Assembly (NCBI RefSeq): GCF_009914755.1
Contig: NC_060927.1
Reading direction: 5' to 3' (one strand)
DNA length: 64,000 bases
Source: the human T2T-CHM13v2.0 reference genome, Homo sapiens
Position numbers and translations under genes: made by a program
Notes under the pieces: model-generated
What the model was told of the DNA's origin: nothing
The model's input: the letters and a program-made list of their open reading frames with translations, nothing else
The model's database searches: none
In this document: one piece after another, positions 50,104 through 64,000 of the stretch
How the letters are laid out: each line of letters starts with the position of its first letter
How positions within the stretch are numbered: position 1 is the first letter of the stretch

Positions 50104-50878
50104 CTGGAAAACACAACACACATCAGCAATAAAAGCAAGTGCATAACACATGCCCTCAAGATGCTTTTTGAGGCTCCTATGGGGGCCTCTAGAACTTGTG
50201 TGGTAGTAAGCCCATGATGCAAATTCCCTCTACTCCCTCCCCTGCCCTCCAGACCTGCCCCACCCTTTACTTGACACACTAGCAGCTGGTAAGCACATCC
50301 TTAAGGAAAGAAACACTACTTGAATTTTCCTCTGTTAGGCTTTGGCAAATGCTAATTTTGCCAGGTGACTTTAGGGAAGACCATTTTAGTTATTAAGAGC
50401 TTGCATCTGCTACTACCCACCAGGCCACACCCAGGCTTGACTGGCCCTGAAAGTTCATGCACACTTCCTCACCCCATTCACCCTCTTCCCCACATCTATG
50501 CCATGTGGCAGGTGTGCCTGAAATGCCTGGAGAAAGGATCACGCCATCCACAGCTGAGCACTGTCCCTTCACAACTATTCTGCCATACGGGCCAGCCCAT
50601 CCCTTCATAAACAAATGCAGTGACCCCCCCACCCTCCGAGACTACCTGTGATGTAGGCTGTGGGGAAAACACCAGCTCACAGGAGGACAAGCAACACAGA
50701 TCAGAACTTGGAAGCACACTTTACTGTAGGTATGAAATGGAGTGAGAAACTACATGTAGCATGTTCCCATGAGGAACTCTAACCCCACTATGCTTAGTGG
50801 AGCAGCAGATGAGCTCTCAAGATACAGCCTGGGAAAGGACCACGGGAAAGGAAGCAGAGTGAAAGGACCTGCTCTTAC

Positions 50879-51019
50879 CCCCTGCTGACACCGGAACTGT
50901 GCATCCCACAGGTGCTAGTGCTATCACCATTTGCAATGAGAGAGGCAGACACTGAGGAATAGGGACTTGCTGATGATTTTGGAGAGGTAGTAAAATTTCT
51001 GCTAGGCGCAGTGCTTGAT
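50879..51019 (-). CDS. USP4: USP4 exon 7 (141 nt, 47 codons; Ser-rich linker [20 protein letters not shown]...GVSRG; cassette exon)
   Basis: ctctctcccag acceptor and GG|gtaaga donor; phase 2-2; translation matches known USP4 linker. Confidence 0.95.
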
Positions 51020-51731
51020 CTGGGAGAGAGAAGCAGAAACAATGCTACTGACTTTTTGCAAAGAGCAAGCCCTATTTAATGCCTTAGGTTGCTTCTCAAG
51101 GAATAAATATTCTTCATATTAAGTTAAAATAAATTACAAAAAGCCTGTATTCATACTACTTCAAGGTAAACTTTATTTAAGTGAGAGTCCACAAATTAAC
51201 TGGTCTTCCTGTCACATCAGTCCACACCACCACATACCCTTTCAGTGTGAAAAACCACAAGGCTGACCAGGCGCAGTGGCTCGTGCCTGTAATCCTAGTA
51301 CTTTGGGAGGCTGAGGCAGGCAGATTGCCTGAGCTCAGGAGTTCGAGACCAGCCTGGGCAACACAGTGAAACCCTCTCTCTACTAAAATGCAAAAGAAAT
51401 TAGCCAGGTCGCGCGTGGTGGCTCATGCCTGTAATCTCAGCACTTTGGGAGGCCGAGGCAGACGGATCACCTGAGGTCAGGAGTTTGAGACCAGCCTGAC
51501 CAACATGGAGAAACCCCGTCACTACTAAAAATACAAAATTAGGCTGGGTGAGGTGGCTCACCCTTGTAATCCCAGCACTTTGGGAGGCCGAGGCTGGCGG
51601 ATCATGAGGTCACGATCACAAGGTCAGGAATTCAAGACCAGCCTGGCCATGAGGTCAGGAGTTCAAGACACAGTGAAACCACATCTCTACTAAAAATACA
51701 AAAATTATCTGGACATGGTGGCGGGCGCCTG

Positions 51732-51983
<252 letters not shown>

Positions 51984-52139
51984 TCAAAAAAAAAGAAAAT
52001 AAAGAAATTAGCCAGGCATGGCAGCATGTGCCTGTAGTCCCAGCTACTGGGGAGGCTGAGGGGCAGGAGAATTGCGTGAAACCGGGAGGCGGAGGTTGCA
52101 GTGAGCCGAGATCGTGCCACTGCACTCCAGCCTAGGTGA

Positions 52140-52492
<353 letters not shown>

Positions 52493-52730
52493 TGATCTGC
52501 CTGCCTTGGCCTCCCAAAGTGCTGGGATTATAGGTGTGAACCACCACATCTGGACTGCTTCCCTGAATTTTAAAAATTATTAGTGAAAGGCAAAGAAAAA
52601 TGGCAATAAGGCCAGGCGAGGTAGCTCACGCCTATAATCCCACCTCTTTGGGAGGCTGAGGTGGGTGGATCACTTGAGGTCAGGAGTTCGAGTCTAGCCT
52701 TACCAACGTGGTGGAACCCCGTCTCTACTA

Positions 52731-52952
<222 letters not shown>

Positions 52953-54598
52953 TTAAATAGCTGGATATAAGGACATGAGAACAGAAAAATGGCAATTTGG
53001 TTTCACTACGCCTTCTATGGAGAATTTTGTTTCTTCAAATTTGCCAGTGTAACCTCTCTGTTTCAAACTCATGTTTTAATATTTTTCAGGCTCTTATTTT
53101 AGATTTCTACTTTCAAATTAATTCAAGGGCTAATTGCCCAAATTTTAAATTGCTATCAATTTCATCAATCTGCTAGAATCTATATAAGGACATAAGGAAG
53201 AAAGTAAATCTTATTTTAAAGTTTTTAATTTTTACCTTTTTTTTTTGGTAATCCATAGCAACAGTCTCCTTATGTTGCCCAGGCTGGTCTCAAACTCCTG
53301 GACTCAAGCAACCCTCCTGCCTCAGCCTCCCAAAGGGCTGGGATTACATACATGAGCCACTGCGCTCAGCCAAAGAAGAAAGTGAATCCTCCTCCATTGT
53401 TTCAAATATAAAACTGGTATTTCCCTTATAGAATACTGGGTTATTTTTAGAATACAGAAAATGACTAAGAAGATGTACTGTTCCCACACAGTGTTCACCC
53501 TCATGGGATCTGATCTCAACTTGGCTTCCCTGTGAGAAGAAAAACATGGCAGCAAAAACAAGTATGATCTTGTATACCAGCAATGGGCACATCAAGAAAT
53601 TATATAGGGCCTAAGCAGGTACCTGAACTGAGGTTTGCTCCACAATGCAGTCACAGTAAGGGAGAATGAGGGCTCCTCAGTCTCTCACCTTCCCATAAGG
53701 AAATGTACCCTTCTCTAATCCTAAAGAGGATTTGGTTCACACAGCTTCATCCTCATGCTGCAAAGGAGTCCAAGAACTCAAGCAGCTGCACTAAGTGAGA
53801 TTCACCACAGCCAAGGGTACTCTCATTCACCACATGGGAGACTTAAGCATGCATGTGTTCAATCCTGTCCAGTGAGATGTCCAATGTGATTTCCTAGCCT
53901 CTTATGCATAAAGAAAGTCTGCTGCCCAAGGCTGGTCTGATATGCAATGGCAGACTCAGTCATCTCAGCACTGAGGGAGGTAAGACAGAATACTGAAATT
54001 CAAATTCTGATGCACAGAACCTCAAGATATATAGTATGGCACTCCTCTTCTCAGTAACTATTCATTGATAACTTATCTATTTTCTTGAGCTTAAAAGGGC
54101 AAAAATCGGCCGGGCCTGATGGCTCATGCCTGTAATCTTAGCACTTTGGGAGGCCAAGGTGGGAGGACTGCTTGAGGCCAAGAGTTCAAGATCAACCTGG
54201 TCAACATGGCAAGACCCTGTCTCTATTTATTTATTTATTTTTAAAAAGGGCAAAAATCCATACAAATCATTTGAGATATCCAAGACCTGTCAATTTCTTA
54301 AACAGACAACATTTCAGGGTGATAGAAATTAAAGAAAAATTTTATTTGATGTTTAAAATGTTCTAGAAAATACTGCCAGTTTTCATAGTAAATTCAATCA
54401 AAAAGAAACCAAATTAAGGGCATATAAGGATACTTTTTATATGCTTGAAAATTTACACAGTAAGATTTAAAAAAAAAAAAACTCTATCCTTAGGCTGGGT
54501 GCAGTGGCTCATGCTTACAATCCCAGCACTTTGGGAGGCTGAACTTCTCTTTACAGAACAGAAAAAGCCAGGCATAGCAGCACGTGCCTGCAGTCCTA

Positions 54599-54709
<111 letters not shown>

Positions 54710-55457
54710 CTATTAAAAAATACTCTATCTTTGACAGACAAGTCAGAAGCAAAACTTCTCTTCAGAAAATTTACTATAATCTGGGAAATGCTGAGCACTA
54801 GGGCAGGGACTTGTCTCCAGACCTTCAGGCAACTGTGGAACAAACCCTGGGCATTACAGGCTGGAATATAGGAAGCCAGGAGAAATGTCTGAATCTCAGG
54901 CATATATATTAGGTAAGCAAGATCTCACTCTGATTTGTGACTGGGTCTCATGCCACACTCTGAAAACAGACACTATGCCTCCAAACAAGGATACCTCTGC
55001 TCCTAAGAGACACTGTAGTCAAGCCTCTGGACTCCCAGGCACCTTTCTACTGGTAAGTCCTGCTCCCCAGGCATGTCACGTGATTATCAATTACAACTCA
55101 AACGTGTGCCTGATACCATGGTGGGACCCTGTAACATCCCTGTGCCCAGGCCCAAAGTGAGGCTCTGGACAAACCAGGCAAAGCCCATCCCTGCCCTCCT
55201 TAATCTACTGCACTCCACTTGCTTCTCAGATGTTCTCCAGACTGAATGCTGCTCTGAGGATGAATCTATCCTATCCTTTAAGACTAGGCCAGGCGTGGTG
55301 GCTCACGCCTGTAATCCCAGCACTTTGGGAGGCTGAGGTGGGCGGATCACATGAGGTTGGGAGTCCGAGACCAGTCTGACCAACACAGAGGAACCCCATC
55401 TCTACTAAAAATACAAAATTAGCCAGGCATGGTGGCACATGCCTGTAATTCCATCTA

Positions 55458-55619
<162 letters not shown>

Positions 55620-56446
55620 TTATAATTAAGATAATGATAAACTCTTTTAATTTAACTTTATTTATTTATTTTGAGAGTGTCTCACTCTGTCACCCAGGCT
55701 GGAGTGCAGTGGTCCAATCTCAGCTCACTGCAGACTTCACCTCCCCAGTTCAAGCAATTCTCATGCCTCAGCCTCCCCAGTTCAAGCAATTCTCATGCCT
55801 CAGCCTCCCGAGTAGCTGGAATTACAGGTGCATGCCACTATGCCTGGCTATTTTTTTATTTTTAGTAGAGACAGGGTTTTACCATGTTGGCCAGGCTAGT
55901 CTCGAACTCCTGGCCTCAAGTGATCTGCCCGCCTCAGCCTCCCAAAGTGCTAGAATTATAGGCGTAAGCCACCAAGCCCGGTTAACTTATTTTTCATTCA
56001 TTCATTCAATCATTTATTTATTTTTACAAAGATAATCTTTATTGACAGTCACAGGCCACAGGGGTGAGCCCTGAGGTTTGGGTTCTGGGATGAAGGAGAA
56101 CCCCTGCCCCCTGCCCTGGGCCTCTGCTGGCTGAGGGGACCTCCATGGTGCTCAGACTACAACCAGGACCTCCCTGGCAGCCCAGGAGTGTGGGTGCCGC
56201 AGAGACAGGCCCCTTGCAGAGCTGACCTAGAGCCCACCCTCCCCATAGCCTGTGTGAGCACAAAGCCAGGACCCACAGGCTGTGCCCCGGGCTTGTCACT
56301 GATGCCAGTGGAGGTTGGCAGCTGCCCCTCTTAGCACCTGAGACAGTGAAAGAAGGCAGCTGCTGCCATGAAGAAGACGCTCTGTGGACAGACTTGCTGG
56401 GGCTGAGTTGAGGGGCGCACAGAGGCAGGCCCTGCCCATGGTCTGG

Positions 56447-57632
<1,186 letters not shown>

Positions 57633-57977
57633 TACAATAAACTCTTAACAGTCAGAATACTTGCTGCCTTACCAAAAGTCAAGCTGTGACTCCACACCAA
57701 CACTGTGAACACCATCTGTAGGCAAAGGTGGCTTTCTTAACTTCAGGGACACCAATCTCTTCTGGCTCTGGGCTGGCAACCTTAAAGGGCCTTATAGACC
57801 TCAGGCAAGTGACGTTAAAGGGAAAGAGAGAAACAGATGGAAAGAGACAAAGCCAGGTCTACACAAACCCTTGAGAAACTAATATTAAGTTAGCTGGAGC
57901 AATTCACATGGAAGAGAAAACTCTGAAAATGCCCAGAATTTACAAGGTGGTCCTCATTAGTGAAAAAAGGACAATTA

Positions 57978-58333
<356 letters not shown>

Positions 58334-58607
58334 TTACTATCCTCTGCCAAGAAATATATTAAATTGGAGGGAGGACTGTTGAGGGATAAATAAATAAATA
58401 GAAATACATTGGCCAGGCATGGTGGCTCACACCTGTAATTCCACCACCTTGGGAGGGATTGCGCCACTGCACTCCTGCTTGGGTGACAGAGCAAGACTGC
58501 ATCTCAAAAAAAAAAAAAAAGAAATATATAAAACTGACTCTATTGGTAGGTTTTAAAAAAGTTATTAAGCCAACTAGTGACCTTCCTTCGATGACATATT
58601 CTCTTGA

Positions 58608-58793
<186 letters not shown>

Positions 58794-58853
58794 TAGTAGA
58801 GACGGGGTTTCACCATATTGGCCCAGGATGGTCTTGATCTCTTGACCTCGTGA

Positions 58854-59168
<315 letters not shown>

Positions 59169-59649
59169 TAGGGGGGTCTCGCTATGTTCACCAGGCTGGT
59201 CTTGAACTCCTGACCTCAAGTGATCCACCCACCTCCGCCTCCCAAAGTGGGATTACAGGCCATGAGCCACTGTGCCCAGCCTTGTTTTGTTTTCTTGTGT
59301 TTTGAGACAAGCTCTTGCTCTGTCACCCAGGCTGCAGTGCAGTGCACAATTATAGCTCACTGCAGCCTCAAACTCCTGTGCTCAAGGGATCCTCCCACCT
59401 CAGCCTCCCAAGAAGCTGGAACTGCAGGCACAAGCTACCATGCCCAGCTAATTTTTAAAAAAAATTTTGTAGAGACAGGAGTCTTGCTATGTTGACCAGG
59501 CTGGTCTCAAACTCCTATCCTCAAGCAATCCTCCCACCTCAGCTTTCCAAAATGTTGGGATTACAGGTATAAGCCACCATGCCTGACTCTTTTTTTCCAA
59601 GAGACAGGGTCTCCAGCCTGACCAACATGGAGAAACCCTGTCTCTACTA

Positions 59650-59849
<200 letters not shown>

Positions 59850-60219
59850 TCACTCTGTCGTCCAGGCTGGAGTGCAATGATGCAATCGTGGCTCACGGTA
59901 ACTTCGAACTCCTGGGCTCAAGCAAGCTTCCTCCCTCAGCCTTCTGAGTAGCTAGGACTATAGGCACATACCACTGTATCCCTGGTGTGGTTTGTCTTTT
60001 AAAGTCTGATCTGAGAGTTTGTCTTTAGTTTGGTAAATTTAACTCATCTACAGTGATTCTAATGCTGTTATTAGACTTCACTGAATTTAATTCAGCCTCC
60101 TTATTTCAGGTTTCTTTTTTTTCCCCCTTTTTCCACATGTTCTAACATGCTTTCTAATTACCATACTTCTTATTTTTTCCCCCCTTCATTTTTGCCTTCC
60201 ATTAATTTTCCTTTTGCAG

Positions 60220-60590
60220 GTGTGGCAGTTTGCTAGTCGCCTCCTGCTAGCTATTTTCCCCTCCTTCCTTAGTTTGAGAACCCCAGTTTTTAGCTGGACA
60301 TGATGCAGTCCTGCTATACAGTACATCCCAGCCTTCCTGAAAGCCAGGTATTGTCATATGATTAGCCAATGAGATACAAAGGAGGTTTGATGTATGATAT
60401 CTGAGAAATGTCCTAAAAAGGAAGGGGTAGGTCAGCTGGGTTTAATATTGCCATGGAGCTGCTACGTCAGCAATGGATTGACTGCCTACGTCAGAAATTC
60501 TTTTCAGAAAGATGTAAGCCTCCATCTTGCTTAATACGCTAATTTGCAGATTTTTCTTACCTGCCAGCAAGCCTTTCCTAACTGACGTAG
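60220..60590. mobile_element. MLT1-like (MaLR) LTR remnant
   Basis: tgtggcag start; catcccagccttcc, gccaatgagat, gaaagatgtaagcctccatcttg segments. Confidence 0.5.
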
Positions 60591-61384
60591 TATGTTTCAA
60601 AGTTATACATTCAATTTTCCGTTTCTGTTAGTTGTTCCATTAACTTATTAGGATCTCTATTTTTATTTTTCCCCATAAATTACATAAACTTACAATTGTT
60701 CACCTTTCTCATCCTCAAGAATAGTAGTTCTGGACATTCTCATCTCTCTCTGCTCTATACTAATTCCTCACCTATGTTGGAATTACCCAGAATTTATCTC
60801 TGGAATATTATAGATACTAGTTGCTTTCTTAAACCTTGATTATTATTGTACCTTTTTTTTTTTTTTCTCCTGAGACAGAGTCTCACTGTATCGCCCAAGC
60901 TGGAGTGCAGTGGCACGATCTAGGCTCACTGCAATCCCCACCACCATTCTCATGCCTCAGCCTCCCCAGTAGCTACGATTACAGGCATGTGCCACTGCAC
61001 CGGGCTAATTTTCTTCTATTTTTTAAGAGATGGGGTTTCAGCATGTTGGCCAGCCACCGCACCTGGCCTATTATTGATTTTTTTTGGCCGGGCGCCGTGG
61101 CTTATGCCTGTAATCCCAGCATTTTGGGAGGCCGAGGCAGGCGGATCACTTGAGGCTAGAAGTTCGAGACCAGCCTGGCCAACATGGTGAAACCCCGTCT
61201 CTACTAAAAATACAAAAATTGGCTGTGCATGGGTGGCATGCACCTGTAATCCCAGCTACTCAGGAGGCTGAGGCACAGAATTGCTTGAACCCAGGAGGCA
61301 GAGGTTACAGTGAACCGAGATCATGCCACTGGACTCCAGCCTGGGCTACAGATCAAGACTCCGTCTATTAAAAAAACAAAAAAA

Positions 61385-62345
61385 CAAAACCCCTGAGTGT
61401 ATAAAATCAAGAAATTTGCACCAAGTGATACATCCATGTAACCACTACCCTGACCAAGAAACAGGACACCCCCAGACCCCTAGGTGTCCTTCTCACGATT
61501 CAGTCGCAATTCTTCCCAACACTAACCAGTTCTGACCATGAATCCCCAAGGTTAATTTTGCCTGTTATAAAGTTTTAAGTCAACAGAATCATTATGCCCT
61601 GCTCTGTGTCTACCTTCTCTCATTCATCATTTTTCATTAGACTCATCACTGTTGTGCAAAGCTGGACAGAATTTCCTTGTGTGCTTACACTTACTGCAGT
61701 TTATCCATTTACTTTTGATGGACATTTGGGTTAGCTCCAGTTTGTAACTATGACAAGCAGTGCTAGCACAAACATCCTGAAATATGTATTTAAGAGAACA
61801 TGGGATATATTTCTATTGGTTATATGCCTAACAACAGGATTGTTGAGTAGCAGAATGTGCATATAATTCTACATTTTTGCCTCTTTTTTTTACTAGTGTT
61901 GCCTGACTTGTTTGTATTGACTAGTAGGAATTTCTTTGCAACTCTAGATATACGACCAGCTGTGGTGGCTCATGCCTGTAATCCAGCACTTTGGGAGGCT
62001 AAGGCAGGCAGATAACTACAGGCCAGGAGTTCAAGACCAGCCTGGCCAACATGGTAAAACCCTGTCTCTACTAAAAATACAAAAATTAGCTGGGCATGGT
62101 GGTGGGAGCTTGTAGTCCCAGCTGCTCGGGAGGCTGAGGCATCAGTCACTTGAACCCGGGAGGTGGGGGTGCAGTGAGCTGAGATCGCACCATTGCACTC
62201 CAACCTTGGCAAGAGAGTAAGACTCCGTCACAGGGAAAAAAAAAAAAGAAAAAAAAATTCTGGACACAACTTGTCAGACATGGATTACAAATCTCTTCTC
62301 TCACTGTATGGCTTATGGCTTGTCTTCACTCACTGGTGAACAGAC
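61385..62345 (-). mobile_element. Old L1 (L1ME-like) remnant interrupted by an Alu
   Basis: tttgatggacatttgggtt, gctagcacaaacatcct and aggattgttgagt are typical of antisense L1 3' sequence. Confidence 0.6.
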
Positions 62346-62361
62346 ATTCTTTTTTTTTTGA

Positions 62362-62520
<159 letters not shown>

Positions 62521-62576
62521 TAGTAGAGACAGGGTTTCTCCATGTTGGTCAGGCTGGTCTCAAACTCTCAACCTCA

Positions 62577-62750
<174 letters not shown>

Positions 62751-64000
62751 TCAAGCAATGCTCCCACCTCAGCCTGTCAGGTAGCTGGGACTACAGGCAC
62801 TCACCATTGTGCTTAATCCCATCTGCAAAGTCCCTTTTGCCATGTCACCTGACATAATGACAGATTCTGAAACAGATTCTGGGAATTAGGATATGGATAT
62901 CTCAGGGTGAAGATGAGCACAGCTATGCCTACCACAGCTATTTTATTTATCTTGTCAACAACTGGCAACCGGGGTTTCTTAAACTGGAGTCCATGACTGG
63001 ACTTCAGGGGTTCTAACAGTTCTTCTCTTAAGAACTCATAGTTTTCATGGTTCTCAAATGACCTAGGAGCCCACTACTATGTAATGGTCACAGTCCAAGG
63101 CCTGACAGAGGGAAAAGGACAGAGCGCAACATTATTCCCATAACTACTGGAACACAGATATAATTTCCAAAACTTATACCATAACGAAAATTAATCACTT
63201 CTTTATCTCCCTAAGAACATGCACAGTTCCACATACCACATGAACATCTCTTGAAACAGATGTGTCCTTAGTCCAAGTTTTGTAGCTGAACAATTCACCC
63301 AGCAAGCTCCCAGGGCAACAATGAGTAACAGGCCACTGGGCAGAAACAGGTAGAATCAAGCTATCACTTTTTTTTTGTTTTTGTTTTTTTTGGGTCAGAG
63401 TCTTGCACTGTCACCTAGGCTGGAGTATAATGGTGCGATCTCAGCTCACTGCAGCCTTCACCTCCTGGATTCAAGCGACTCTTGAGCCTCAGCCTCCCGA
63501 GTAGCTGAGATTACAGGTACCTGCCACCATGCCTAGCTAATTTTTGTATTTTTAGTAGAGACAGGGTTTTACCATGTTGACCAGGCTGGGCTCGAACTCC
63601 TGGCCTCAGGTGAGCCACCTCCCACGGCCTCTCAAAGTGCTGAGCTTACAGGCATGAGCCACCATGCTCAGGCCTCAACTATCACTTTTAAGTCATATAA
63701 AACCCCATGCCTTAGCCTTCCTCTTATCCATCGAGGCCTCTAACTACATGTGGAGAAAATAAAAGCGTGACAAAAACAAAGCAACCTCCTGGTAGAGCAG
63801 CAACCTTAGACTTGATCCCTCATATCCCTTCCTCCTTTTCTCATTCTCCACGAGCAGAGGCTCGCCACCTTGCTGAGATATCCTGACAGGCTTCCCTTAG
63901 ATGCTGCCCTGCTACCAAAAGCCACGGTCTTCATCCAGAAGCATGAACTCTGGATATACAAAATAGGCATTGTTCATCTGAATCAGAACAATTTTTCTTA

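Noticed and set aside
63700-64000. Search for USP4 exon 6 (VLVIEPQNEDGTW)
   Set aside because: Not present; it must lie beyond the window end

Overview
Human (primate) genomic DNA from the chr3p21.31 region, extremely Alu-dense. All recognisable protein-coding genes are on the minus strand. The window holds the 3' part of USP4 (16 coding exons, conventionally exons 7-22, 16373-51019; the window ends inside intron 6), followed immediately by the complete 3-exon C3orf62 gene (267 aa, 9260-14952) with its CpG-island promoter. MIR4271 lies antisense over the C3orf62 exon 2 acceptor. All exon boundaries were read from GT-AG sites and are phase-consistent. Almost every other ORF in the track is Alu-derived noise. 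Items worth a second look: (1) an SSNA1/NA14 retrocopy in USP4 intron 6 with an intact ORF and an exact one-heptad duplication, embedded in a nested Alu stack; (2) an Alu-derived alternative terminal exon that would truncate USP4 before its catalytic domain; (3) a candidate frame-preserving 12-nt microexon between USP4 exons 7 and 8; (4) a tandemly duplicated Y1 RNA pseudogene in the C3orf62 3' UTR; (5) a chain of strong minus-strand splice sites at 3.8-6.3 kb resembling a decayed or unannotated multi-exon gene; (6) a weak USP4 poly(A) signal about 0.6 kb from the C3orf62 promoter. I see no evidence for a wholly new biological system; the findings are candidates needing data.
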